Part shown: piece after piece, positions 9,062 through 18,825 of the stretch
How the letters are laid out: each line of letters begins with the position of its first letter
Numbering within the stretch: position 1 is the first letter of the stretch
NCBI GenBank assembly: GCA_934699595.1
Contig: CAKUWT010000001.1
Span: forward strand, 71,839 to 135,838
DNA: 64,000 nucleotides
Source of the DNA: an uncultured Patescibacteria group bacterium
GTDB taxonomy: Bacteria; Patescibacteriota; Minisyncoccia; Phycocordibacterales; UBA918
Direction of reading: 5' to 3'
Made by a program: the position numbers and the translations under genes
The notes under the pieces: model-generated
Seen by the model: the letters and a program-made list of their open reading frames with translations, nothing else
Told to the model about the DNA's origin: nothing
The model's database searches: none

Positions 9062-11311
9062 ATGAGCTTCTACGCACTTTCAGCCTTAATAAATTTTATC
9101 ACCAGCGCAGTTTTGGGGGTATTAGTGATTATTAAAAACCGCAGCGCCAAGAATGTGGCTTTTTTTCTTTTCTGTGCTGCTGTCGCCTTTTGGAGTTTCT
9201 TTTATTTAGTTTGGCAGTTAGCAACTGATGCCGAAAGTGCTCTTTTGTGGTCACGAGTCTTGATGGCAGGTGCAATTTTTATTCCAGCCGCGTATTTACA
9301 CTTTGTCTACGCCCTGATTGGCCTTCTGCAAAAGCGACGAATGGATATTATCCTTACTTATGGTGTCTTTGGCTTATTTCTCTTGGCTGACTTCACACCA
9401 AAGTTTGTCAGTCATGTGGAGCCACAGGCAGGCTTTCCTTACTGGCCGATTGCTGGCCCTTTGTATAGTTTATTTTTAGTTATCTGGTTTTTTTACGTTA
9501 TCTACTCAACGATTCTACTCTTTGAAAAATACCGTCGAACAAGCGGCTTACTACGTTTACAAATCAAATACGTTATCTTTGGGATGCTGGTTGGTTTTAT
9601 TGGAGGTTCAACTAATTATTTCCTCTGGTACCGCGTTCCCGTGCTACCGATTGCTAATATTTTTGTCTCGATTTACGTTGGATCAATGGCTTACGCTATC
9701 GCACGTTATCGCTTGATGGATATCAGGATGATGGCCCGCGGTGCTATTATTTATTTTGGCTTGGCCGTCTTTTCCTATGGAGTATTTTACAGTTTGATTT
9801 GGTTCTATGAAACTGTTTTTGGCGGCGTGTTCACCAAACAAGCTTTAATTTTTGGGGTCCTACTAGCCCCACTTTTTGTTGCTATCTTTTACCTCTTCGA
9901 TAAAATTATTCGCCAGTTTGCTAATCGTTATTTATTTACCTCACTTTATGATTACCAGGAAACCATCACGCACTTAACTAATGAGTTGACTAACTACATT
10001 GATTTAAACAAAATCGTCACCCTAATCGTCGATACGATTATGCAAAAAATGCAGTTAGACCGAGCAGGAATATTGCTACTGGATACTAAACAGAAACAAG
10101 CAAAGTATAGAGTAGCTAAAGTAATTGGGTTTAATAAAAGCAACGGTTTTTCCCTAGTTCAAGATAGTTTTTTGATCCAGTACCTTCTCAAAACTAAAAA
10201 ACCGCTGATTATTGATGAGTTGCAGGCGCACTTAGCGGAGAATAAGTTTTCTGAGGACCGCGCCGCCTTTTTGAAATTATCTGAACATCTTGAGAGTATT
10301 GAGGCAGAAATATGCCTTCCGCTAATCACGGGTGGTAAACTAATTGGTATTATTATTTTAGGGAATAAGAACTCAAGAGACCCATATACCAATGAAGATT
10401 TGAACTTGTTGGACACTCTCTCTAAGCAAGCGAGTATCGCCATTGACAATGCGGAACAGCACAAACAGGTTCAAGATTTTAAGAAGAATCTAGAGATTAA
10501 AGTGGAAGAACAAACCAGAGACTTGCTTGAAACCAATCAGGAGTTGATTAAGAAAAACGAACTAACTAAAAAATTACTAGAGATAAAGTCAGACTTTTTA
10601 AGAGTAGTCAATCACCAACTGAATACTCCTATCTCCATTATGCGCGGCTATTTTTCCATGATGCGAGAAGGGAACTACAGTGTGACAGAGGTAATCCCTG
10701 CAATGGAATATAGTTTGGACAGGATTAGCCAAACAGTAGATGACTTCTGGGACGCTTACGAACTGGAAGGAGAGGAGATCCTGATGAATCCAGAAAAGGT
10801 TGATTTGGTCAAACTAGTGACTAAGATTGTGCAGGAAAAAGAAAAACACAAGCTAGTACAAAATCGAAACTTGGCGCTAAAAGTTGTTACCCCGGATTTT
10901 GTCCCACCGTTAGTTTGGTGTGATCCAAAAAAGATCTTTCATGTGGTCGCCAACTTAGTAGATAATGCCATTTATTACACGGCCGCTGGTAGCGTGAAAA
11001 TAAGCTTCATCCTTGAAAAGAAGTTTCTACGAATTAATGTCACTGATACTGGTTCTGGCATTCTAAAAAAAGATAGTGAACGACTCTTTGAAAAGTTCTC
11101 TCGAGGCTCCGCTGCTCAAAAATTACATCCCGACGGCTCTGGACTAGGTCTTTATATCGTGAAGAAAATCGTCGAAGGTAATGGTGGCCAGATTAATTTT
11201 ACTAGTGCGGGAGCAGGTAAGGGCACCACTTTTTATTTCACGGTCCCACTTTACCTAGGACAGGAAGATAAGCAGCCATCGTCATCACGTAGCAAGATAG
11301 AAATATTCTAG
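9062..11311 (+). CDS. sensor histidine kinase (polytopic N-terminal sensor, GAF-like, HisKA, HATPase_c)
   Basis: About 7 transmembrane helices at the N-terminus; an H-box-like NHQLNTPIS; N-box VDNAIYYT; G1 DTGSGI; G2 GSGLGLYIVKKIV. The track start (9044) is a TTG inside the upstream terminator, so ATG 9062 (MSFYAL...) is preferred. Confidence 0.85.
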   Translation: MSFYALSALINFITSAVLGVLVIIKNRSAKNVAFFLFCAAVAFWSFFYLVWQLATDAESALLWSRVLMAGAIFIPAAYLHFVYALIGLLQKRRMDIILTYGVFGLFLLADFTPKFVSHVEPQAGFPYWPIAGPLYSLFLVIWFFYVIYSTILLFEKYRRTSGLLRLQIKYVIFGMLVGFIGGSTNYFLWYRVPVLPIANIFVSIYVGSMAYAIARYRLMDIRMMARGAIIYFGLAVFSYGVFYSLIWFYETVFGGVFTKQALIFGVLLAPLFVAIFYLFDKIIRQFANRYLFTSLYDYQETITHLTNELTNYIDLNKIVTLIVDTIMQKMQLDRAGILLLDTKQKQAKYRVAKVIGFNKSNGFSLVQDSFLIQYLLKTKKPLIIDELQAHLAENKFSEDRAAFLKLSEHLESIEAEICLPLITGGKLIGIIILGNKNSRDPYTNEDLNLLDTLSKQASIAIDNAEQHKQVQDFKKNLEIKVEEQTRDLLETNQELIKKNELTKKLLEIKSDFLRVVNHQLNTPISIMRGYFSMMREGNYSVTEVIPAMEYSLDRISQTVDDFWDAYELEGEEILMNPEKVDLVKLVTKIVQEKEKHKLVQNRNLALKVVTPDFVPPLVWCDPKKIFHVVANLVDNAIYYTAAGSVKISFILEKKFLRINVTDTGSGILKKDSERLFEKFSRGSAAQKLHPDGSGLGLYIVKKIVEGNGGQINFTSAGAGKGTTFYFTVPLYLGQEDKQPSSSRSKIEIF

Positions 11312-11316
11312 AACTC

Positions 11317-11733
11317 ATGCCAGAAAAAAATCCCCCAAAACCAAAAATTCTTTATATTGAAGACGAGTTAGTTCTAGTGAAACTTTTTGAACTAGCCCTG
11401 ACTCAAGCCGGTTATCAATTTCTATCCTGCGATAATATTAAAGAGGGGATAAGTCTAACAACTGAAGCCTCACCAGATTTGGTTTTACTAGACATCATTA
11501 TTCCTAAACCGGAAAATACTTTAGCAGAACAAGGGTATGATTATCTGACCAAAGTTAAACGTCAAAAAGAAACGAGAGATATCCCAGTGGTAGTCTTCAC
11601 CAACTTAGACACTCCCCAAGACCGCGCTCGTTGCCGAGACTTAGGAGCAGCGGCCTACATTCTCAAAAGAGACACTTTGCCACGAGAAGTTATTGAAGTG
11701 ATTAGAATGGTCATTTCTAAAAAAAGAGTATAA
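11317..11733 (+). CDS. stand-alone response-regulator receiver domain (CheY-like, no output domain)
   Basis: 138 aa with IEDE...LLDIIIP (phospho-acceptor Asp), VVVFTNL and AAAYILK. It starts 6 nt after the kinase stop. Confidence 0.8.
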   Translation: MPEKNPPKPKILYIEDELVLVKLFELALTQAGYQFLSCDNIKEGISLTTEASPDLVLLDIIIPKPENTLAEQGYDYLTKVKRQKETRDIPVVVFTNLDTPQDRARCRDLGAAAYILKRDTLPREVIEVIRMVISKKRV

Positions 11734-11740
11734 TACTCAT

Positions 11741-12676
11741 ATGGAAACACCAAAACAATTAGCCATTCAAGCAGGCGCTTTAATTAGCTTGTATTTATCT
11801 TTAACTTTTACCATTCTATTAGCTTTTTCACTGATTAATCTATTTTTTCCTGATTCAGTAGATTCTGTCTGGCGTATTAACTCTTACCAAAGCTCGTTAC
11901 GGTGGTCGACCTCAATGGTGATAGTCTTTTTACCAACCTACTTGACACTAACACGCATCACCAACAGACACCGGCGACAAGCCGGTAACAATTCCTACCT
12001 GAAACTCACAAAATGGTTTATATACTTATCACTGCTGATTGCAGGACTAGTGATCTTAGGTGATTTAGTATCGATAATTTACACCTTCCTTAATGGTGAG
12101 TTGACCTGGCGATTCTTTTTCAAAGCCATCGTGCTACTGGCATTAGTGGGAGCAGCTTTTACCTACTATGTTCTTGACGCTCGTGATTACTGGCTCAAAA
12201 AAAGTCGTGCCTCAGTCGGTTATGGTATTGCTGTGTCTATCCTTGCAATAATTCTGCTTACTATTGGTTTTACCAAAATGGAAAGTCCACAAACTTTGCG
12301 TGCTTATAATATTGACCAGCGACAAGAAAGTGACCTGCAGATGATCCAGAGTCAAGTATCTAACTATATATACACTGAGGGAGAAGTGCCAGATAGCTTG
12401 CAGCAAGCTTACGGAGATTATCGTAGGCTCCCCGTTGCTCCAACCGGACAAGCAGCCTATGAGTATCAGAAAACCGATACTGGTTTTGCCCTCTGTGCCA
12501 CTTTTCTAGCACCAAGTCGTGAAAATGATTATTACTATCCAGTCGCCATTAATGAAAGTGCCGACCAACGGGTCTTTATCAGTGAATCAGACAATTGGCA
12601 GCACAACTCTGGCCGGACTTGCTTTGAGCGCAAGGTGAGCATCAAGGCTGATACAGATAATCTGATCATCAAATAA
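11741..12676 (+). CDS. polytopic membrane protein with a Cys-containing extracytoplasmic C-terminal domain (hypothetical)
   Basis: 4-5 predicted transmembrane helices, in an apparent operon with the kinase and regulator. No recognisable catalytic motif. Confidence 0.55.
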   Translation: METPKQLAIQAGALISLYLSLTFTILLAFSLINLFFPDSVDSVWRINSYQSSLRWSTSMVIVFLPTYLTLTRITNRHRRQAGNNSYLKLTKWFIYLSLLIAGLVILGDLVSIIYTFLNGELTWRFFFKAIVLLALVGAAFTYYVLDARDYWLKKSRASVGYGIAVSILAIILLTIGFTKMESPQTLRAYNIDQRQESDLQMIQSQVSNYIYTEGEVPDSLQQAYGDYRRLPVAPTGQAAYEYQKTDTGFALCATFLAPSRENDYYYPVAINESADQRVFISESDNWQHNSGRTCFERKVSIKADTDNLIIK

Positions 12677-12691
12677 AATTGTAAGAGTCAC

Positions 12692-12726
12692 AAAAAAGCC
12701 AGAGTTTTCTTACTCTGGCTTTTTTG
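12692..12726 (+). terminator. rho-independent terminator
   Basis: agccagag ... ctctggct followed by ttttttg. Confidence 0.7.
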
Positions 12727-12790
12727 TTATTCTAGGGTATAATTTCATATATTGATATTGGTGGTTCGTTAGTGGTGGTTAAGATTTGTT

Positions 12791-15148
12791 ATGCATAAAA
12801 AAATAAACTTTCAGGAAATTGAGACTAAGTGGCAAGGACAATGGCAAGAGAGCGGTTTATACAAAACCGATATGCAAACTGATAAGGAGAAACTTTATGT
12901 TCTGGATATGTTCCCATATCCTTCTGGAGAAGGTTTACACGTTGGTCACCCCAAGGGCTACATTGCCACCGACATCTATTCTCGCTTCAAGAAAATGTCC
13001 GGATACGAAGTTCTTCACCCTATGGGCTGGGACGCTTTCGGCTTGCCAGCGGAGAACTTTGCCATTAAGAACAAGGTCCACCCACGTGTTGCTGTCGAAA
13101 AAAACATCACCAACTTCAAAGTCCAGTTGGCTAAACTTGGTTTTAACTATGACTGGAGTCACGAGATTAACACCACCGATCCAGAATACTACAGGTGGAC
13201 GCAGTGGATTTTTCTCCAGCTCCTGAAAAAAGGCCTGGCTTACCAGTCATTCGAGCCGATCAACTGGTGTCCGTCTTGTCAGACTGGTCTGGCAAACGAA
13301 GATTTGGAGAGTGACGGCACCTGCGAACGCTGTGGCAGTGAGGTAGAAAAGCGTCCGATGCGACAGTGGGTTTTAAAAATTACTGATTATGCTGACCGCA
13401 TGCTGGCAGATCTTGACACCCTGACTGCCTGGCCAGATCACATCAAAGAAGCTCAGCGTCACTGGATTGGTAAAAGCGAAGGAACTGAGATTGACTTTAA
13501 ACTTTCAACCGGGGACATCGTCACTGTCTTTACCACTAGAGCAGACACCCTCTTTGGAGCGACATATTTAGTTTTAGCTCCAGAGCACGCCTTAGTGGCA
13601 CAGCTTCCTGTCAACAATCGCGAGGTGGTGTCAGACTACATACATACTACACAACAAAAAGCGGAGCAAGATCGCCTGGACGCTACTAAAGAAAAAACAG
13701 GAGTTAGGCTAGAAGGAGTAACCGCCACCAATCCCGTCACTGGTGAGGAAATGCCGGTTTTTATCGCTGATTATGTACTGGCTCACTACGGCACGGGCGC
13801 CATTATGGCGGTACCAGCACACGATGATCGTGATGGTGCTTTTGCAGAAAAATTTTCTTTACCGAGTAAGACAGTTATCTCCGAAAGTGGAGAACTGATA
13901 GATTCTGGGGAGTTTACCGGTATGACCAGTGCAGATGCTAAGGCGGCAATTACCGAAAAAGTTGGCGGCAAATCTACCTCCACCTACCGTCTTAACGACT
14001 GGGTATTTTCTCGTCAACGTTACTGGGGTGAGCCAATCCCTGTTATTCATTGCGAACATGACGGGGTAGTACCAGTTCCAGAAGATCAATTACCGGTACG
14101 TTTGCCCGACGTGGATAACTATGCGCCTACCGGAACCGGCGAATCGCCGCTAGCTGATATTTCAGAATGGGTTAATGTCACCTGTCCAACTTGTGGTGGT
14201 CCAGCTAAAAGAGAGACCAATACTATGCCACAATGGGCGGGCTCTTCTTGGTACTACTTACGCTTCATTGACCCTCACAACACTGAAGCCATGATCAGTC
14301 CTGATTTGGAAAAGCAATGGGCGCCAGTGGATGTATACGTCGGCGGCGATCACGCTGTCCGGCACTTAATTTATGCGCGTTTCTGGCATAAGTTTCTTTA
14401 TGACCTGGGGATTGTCCATACCATTGAGCCATTTACCCGCCTTGAATTCCTTGGCTTTATACTGGCGGAAGATGGCCGTAAGATGAGTAAGCGCTGGGGA
14501 AACATAATTAATCCTGACGACGTGGTAGCTCAAAACGGCGCCGATACTCTACGGGTTTATGAAATGTTTATGGGACCATTTGAAAACACCATTGCCTGGA
14601 ATGTAGACAGTTTGGTCGGAGCGCAGCGTTTTCTGGAACGAGTGAATGGTCTCAGTGAACACTTTGTAAAAGAAGAGGATGTAGACATTACCAAACTACT
14701 ACACAAAACTATCGCTAAAGTACGTGAAGACATCGAAAACTTCAAATTCAACACAGCTGTCTCCGCCATGATGATTTTTGTGAATCGCGCCGAAAAACAA
14801 GGCTTGAGTTCTGATAGTTATGAAACTCTACTAAAATTGCTGGCTCCTTTTGCCCCGCATCTCACAGAAGAATTGTGGCATCAGCGAGGTCAGCAGACCT
14901 CAATTCATCTAGAAGAATTTCCAGAAGCTAATCCAGATTTATTGACTAACCAAAAGATTAGAATCGGGGTTCAGATCAACGGTAAACTGCGAGCTGATAT
15001 TGAAATTACGCCAGCAACTACTGAAGCTGAAGCAGTCGTCTTAGCAAAAAATCACCCTCAAATAGCAGCCTATTTGAAAGACGCAGAAATTACCAAAGTA
15101 ATTTTTGTACCTGGGAGAATTCTTAGTTTCATTACTAAAAATACTTAA
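12791..15148 (+). CDS. leuS: leucyl-tRNA synthetase (compact 785-aa form)
   Basis: PYPSGEGLHVGHP (HIGH), the CP1 editing region, KMSKR, and an LeuS-typical N-terminus. Confidence 0.95.
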   Translation: MHKKINFQEIETKWQGQWQESGLYKTDMQTDKEKLYVLDMFPYPSGEGLHVGHPKGYIATDIYSRFKKMSGYEVLHPMGWDAFGLPAENFAIKNKVHPRVAVEKNITNFKVQLAKLGFNYDWSHEINTTDPEYYRWTQWIFLQLLKKGLAYQSFEPINWCPSCQTGLANEDLESDGTCERCGSEVEKRPMRQWVLKITDYADRMLADLDTLTAWPDHIKEAQRHWIGKSEGTEIDFKLSTGDIVTVFTTRADTLFGATYLVLAPEHALVAQLPVNNREVVSDYIHTTQQKAEQDRLDATKEKTGVRLEGVTATNPVTGEEMPVFIADYVLAHYGTGAIMAVPAHDDRDGAFAEKFSLPSKTVISESGELIDSGEFTGMTSADAKAAITEKVGGKSTSTYRLNDWVFSRQRYWGEPIPVIHCEHDGVVPVPEDQLPVRLPDVDNYAPTGTGESPLADISEWVNVTCPTCGGPAKRETNTMPQWAGSSWYYLRFIDPHNTEAMISPDLEKQWAPVDVYVGGDHAVRHLIYARFWHKFLYDLGIVHTIEPFTRLEFLGFILAEDGRKMSKRWGNIINPDDVVAQNGADTLRVYEMFMGPFENTIAWNVDSLVGAQRFLERVNGLSEHFVKEEDVDITKLLHKTIAKVREDIENFKFNTAVSAMMIFVNRAEKQGLSSDSYETLLKLLAPFAPHLTEELWHQRGQQTSIHLEEFPEANPDLLTNQKIRIGVQINGKLRADIEITPATTEAEAVVLAKNHPQIAAYLKDAEITKVIFVPGRILSFITKNT

Positions 15149-15159
15149 AACTTTGGGTG

Positions 15160-15188
15160 TTGACGTGAGTGCAATAAGATGATATAAA
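15160..15188 (+). promoter_or_regulatory. sigma-70-like promoter TTGACG-N17-TATAAA
   Basis: Consensus-like -35 and -10 boxes 40 nt upstream of the 15231 gene. Confidence 0.45.
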
Positions 15189-15230
15189 TGTAGTACGCAT
15201 TGATGATTCTAAACAAACCTTATTTATTTT

Positions 15231-16262
15231 ATGATTACCTTTAAACCTAAACAGATAACCAAAGAACTCCTCTCGGTCTTGCCGGAAAGAGCTCGTGATG
15301 TCCTAGAAAAACGTTATGGACTTACTAAAGACAACAGCATTGAAACTCTAGAATCGATTGGACAGTCTTACGGCATTACTCGCGAACGAGTACGTCAAAT
15401 TGAGAATTACGCTCTGGCTTCCATTAAAAAATCAGATACTTATAAGAACCACCAGCCACTATTTGACGAACTAGGCATGGTAATTGAACAGTTGGGAAGT
15501 GGCGTTGTTTCTGAAGAGACATTGCTGGAAACCCTCGCTAAGGACAAGCATACTCGTAATCATGTTTACTTTATCCTAGCCTTGGGTACCGGCCTACATA
15601 AAAGTAAGGAAAATAATCAGTTTGCCTCACGTTGGTTTACCAAGGAAAAGATGGCGGAGGTGGTTGAAAAGGCTTTAGTAAAAGTTTACGCTTCCCTGAA
15701 ACACGATGATTTAATTTCTGAATCTGAAATCCTAGATCGTTTTCGTCTCGAGTTAGCAAAACAAACTACCGAACAAGACGAAACGGTCCTTCGTCACTGG
15801 TTGGCTATCTCCAAGCAAATTGGTTGTAACCCCTTAGGAGACTGGGGTCCAGCTGATAGTCCAAACGTGCGTGTGAAGGGTATTCGTGATTATGCTTACT
15901 TAACAGTAAAGCGTCACGGATCACCGATGCACTTCAAGGAAGTTTCAGAGAATATCAAAACTCTTTTTGAGCACAACGCCCATGTGGCCACTACTCATAA
16001 CGAACTAATCAAAGACAAGCGCTTTGTCTTGGTTGGCCGTGGCCTATACGCTTTATCGGAATGGGGATACACTGCCGGCGTAGTCAAAGATGTGTTGCGA
16101 GAAATCCTGCTCCGAGAAAGCCCTCTGTCCAAAGAGGAGCTGATTGATCGTGTCCGAAAAGAGCGATATGTGAAGGACAACACTATTGTGGTTAACCTCC
16201 AAGATACAAATCTTTTCAAGCGCCTCAGTAACGGCACTTACTCTTTAGTTGATAATCACTAA
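15231..16262 (+). CDS. sigma-70 region-4-like HTH protein with an uncharacterised ~270-aa C-terminal domain
   Basis: N-terminal LPERARDVLEKRYGL...ETLESIGQSYGITRERVRQIENYAL is a canonical sigma-factor region-4 HTH. There is no region 2. Confidence 0.6.
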   Translation: MITFKPKQITKELLSVLPERARDVLEKRYGLTKDNSIETLESIGQSYGITRERVRQIENYALASIKKSDTYKNHQPLFDELGMVIEQLGSGVVSEETLLETLAKDKHTRNHVYFILALGTGLHKSKENNQFASRWFTKEKMAEVVEKALVKVYASLKHDDLISESEILDRFRLELAKQTTEQDETVLRHWLAISKQIGCNPLGDWGPADSPNVRVKGIRDYAYLTVKRHGSPMHFKEVSENIKTLFEHNAHVATTHNELIKDKRFVLVGRGLYALSEWGYTAGVVKDVLREILLRESPLSKEELIDRVRKERYVKDNTIVVNLQDTNLFKRLSNGTYSLVDNH

Positions 16263-16263
16263 A

Positions 16264-16298
16264 ATCAGCCCGACTCTAGCGAGTCGGGCTGATTTTTT
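16264..16298 (+). terminator. rho-independent terminator
   Basis: atcagcccgactc-tagc-gagtcgggctgat followed by tttttt. Confidence 0.75.
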
Positions 16299-16369
16299 GA
16301 TAAGTGTCTAGAATTGATTTACCCATTCTTATACCGAAGCCGACATCACTTGTTGTACAATAGTAAAAT

Positions 16370-17698
16370 ATGGGTGATATCTTTAAAATCCTTTTAGGCA
16401 CGGTAGCAGTGCCGCTCGTTCTTGGAGGTGCTGTTTTGGCTGTTTCTTACGCCACTCAAAAGTACAACATTGATATCATTCCCGCCCTGTCCTTTTTGGT
16501 AGCCACGTCACCAATTTGGCTGCCGCTGTTACTTTTTACACTGCTTCGTGAGCGGTGGATGGAATATGTACGTACTAAGTTTGCGTTTGAGAACGGACGT
16601 ACTACCTTGAGAATCAAACTGCCGCAAGATGTTTTCAAGTCACCGGAAGCTATGGAAAGTGTCATGGCACAAATTTATAACCCTAACGGTCCCGACAATC
16701 TTTGGCAAGCCTACATAGATGGTAAGCACCCTCTAACCTTTAGTTTTGAGCTAGTTTCTATTGGCGGCGATGTTCGCTTTTACATCAACGTTCCCACCAA
16801 AAAAACTCGCAACTCCATCGAGGCGCAGCTGTATGGACAATATCCTGGCATTGAAATTGTTGAGGAACCGATTGATTACACGGCCGAAGTAGTGGGGGAT
16901 TTAGACAAGTGGGAAATGATGGCTTTTCATATCAACAAGAAAAATGATCAAGAATTTCCTATTAAAACCTATATTGAATTTGGACTGGACAAGATGCCTA
17001 AGGAGGAAGAAAAGTTTGAACCCATGGCCGCTATGATTGAACAATTGGGCAATATCAAATCTGACGAGCGTATTTGGATTCAGATCTTAGCTAAGCCACA
17101 TGACAAAAAAAGTTTCAAAACTGGTGATCCTGTCAAAAAAGGTACCTGGGAGGAAGGTGTCTTTGCTAAAATCGATGAGATCATGAAAAGAAATGACAGC
17201 GCCAAAGTCAATGAGTTAGGTTTTCGTGAAATGAATTTATTAACCAAGGGTGAAGGGGACATGGTGGCAACCATGGAAAGAAATGTCGGTAAATATGCTT
17301 ACGAAGTTGCAATAAGACTGATTTACGCTGCTCCAGTAGGGCGTTTTCAGGGTGACTCTTTGACCATCCTTAAGAGTTTTACACAATACGATATTATTAA
17401 AAGGAATGGTTTAGGAGTTCGCTGGCGAACAGATTTTGACTACAACTGGTTCTCAGATCGTAGTGGTGCCATTAAAAGAAAGTGGAAGAAAGAGGAATTA
17501 GAGTATTACAAATTAAGAGCTTACGAACAGCGTGATAAAAAGGGTGGTGCCGACAAAACTAAAGTCTGGTCCGTTGAAGAGTTGGCTACAATCTATCATA
17601 TCCCAGGAAGATCGGTCATTACTCCTGGTCTGGCTCGCATTCCGTCTACCCGTCAAGCACCTCCACCGAACTTGCCGACTGGTTTACCTGGAATATAA
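16370..17698 (+). CDS. hypothetical membrane-anchored protein (two N-terminal transmembrane helices plus a ~380-aa soluble domain)
   Basis: ORF with clear transmembrane helices. No diagnostic motif recognised. Confidence 0.5.
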   Translation: MGDIFKILLGTVAVPLVLGGAVLAVSYATQKYNIDIIPALSFLVATSPIWLPLLLFTLLRERWMEYVRTKFAFENGRTTLRIKLPQDVFKSPEAMESVMAQIYNPNGPDNLWQAYIDGKHPLTFSFELVSIGGDVRFYINVPTKKTRNSIEAQLYGQYPGIEIVEEPIDYTAEVVGDLDKWEMMAFHINKKNDQEFPIKTYIEFGLDKMPKEEEKFEPMAAMIEQLGNIKSDERIWIQILAKPHDKKSFKTGDPVKKGTWEEGVFAKIDEIMKRNDSAKVNELGFREMNLLTKGEGDMVATMERNVGKYAYEVAIRLIYAAPVGRFQGDSLTILKSFTQYDIIKRNGLGVRWRTDFDYNWFSDRSGAIKRKWKKEELEYYKLRAYEQRDKKGGADKTKVWSVEELATIYHIPGRSVITPGLARIPSTRQAPPPNLPTGLPGI

Positions 17699-17747
17699 AC
17701 ATCACTACTTAACAACCACTGAGTTGTGCTAAAATAACTACCTTAAT

Positions 17748-18788
17748 ATGTCAGAAGATAATTTAGAAGTTACTCATCCGGAACAGGGTGTTGTTACGCC
17801 AGGCCTTAAAATATCTTTACCAACTACTAGGTCACAACCCAAGGTCTTGATAAAAGTTTTACTACTTTCTATCTTAATCCTGATTACACTCATTGGCTAC
17901 GGTTATTACCAAACTACACCACCAAAAGATTTTCCTGTTGACACTCCAGTGGAGATTAAGAGTGGCATGGGAGTAAAAGCCATTGCTCGCACATTGGAAG
18001 AGCAGCGGGTAATTCGTTCTCGTCTCGCTTTTTATTTATTATTCTTAAAATACTATCAACCAGCTGATCTGAAAGCTAGTACTTACATTTTTACTGCACC
18101 ACTAAGTTTATTTGCTGTTGCTGACCGTCTGGCTGAAGGTGACTTTACCTCTAACCTCATCACTTTGACGCATCGAGAAGGTGAGTCCGTACACAAACTA
18201 TCGGAACGCTTAGTAGAACTCTTTCCAGATTTTGATACCGAAACTTTTCTTCGAGAAGCATATCCTTTAGAGGGCTACCTCTTTCCGGATACCTACCATT
18301 TACCAAACGATATTACACCAGAGACACTAATAAAAATCACCACTGATAAATTTGCTTCCGTCTGGCAAGAACTCGATTACTCGACGGCCGATACAGAATT
18401 AAGTAAGGAACAAGTAGTCATTTTGGCCTCTATCTTAGAACGAGAGGCCAACAACGAAGAAAGTATGCGCATGGTTTCTGGCATTCTCCAAAATAGACTG
18501 CGTATCAACATGCCCCTCCAGGTAGACGCTTCCATGGAGTACGAACTAGATAAGGAATTAAAACACCTAACTCCAGAAGATTTGAAACTGGACTCGCCCT
18601 ACAATACTTATAAGAACTATGGCTTGCCACCAACTCCGATCGGTAATCCTGGACTAACAGCTCTAAGGGCCGTTTTGCATCCACTGCCATCAGATTACTT
18701 TTACTACATTACTGATGACACCGGCAAATTCCATTATGCCAAGGATTTTGATCAGCATCGGATAAATATTTCTCGCTACTTACGCTAG
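17748..18788 (+). CDS. mltG: endolytic murein transglycosylase MltG (YceG family)
   Basis: N-terminal transmembrane segment, YLFPDTY and GLPPTPIGNPG signature motifs. Confidence 0.85.
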   Translation: MSEDNLEVTHPEQGVVTPGLKISLPTTRSQPKVLIKVLLLSILILITLIGYGYYQTTPPKDFPVDTPVEIKSGMGVKAIARTLEEQRVIRSRLAFYLLFLKYYQPADLKASTYIFTAPLSLFAVADRLAEGDFTSNLITLTHREGESVHKLSERLVELFPDFDTETFLREAYPLEGYLFPDTYHLPNDITPETLIKITTDKFASVWQELDYSTADTELSKEQVVILASILEREANNEESMRMVSGILQNRLRINMPLQVDASMEYELDKELKHLTPEDLKLDSPYNTYKNYGLPPTPIGNPGLTALRAVLHPLPSDYFYYITDDTGKFHYAKDFDQHRINISRYLR

Positions 18789-18825
18789 ACTGTCTTTTTG
18801 ACAACAGTTTTGCTAAGCTATTTTT

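Noticed and set aside
12819-13226. 135-aa alternative-frame ORF inside leuS
   Set aside because: It overlaps the conserved LeuS catalytic core in another frame and has no independent signals.
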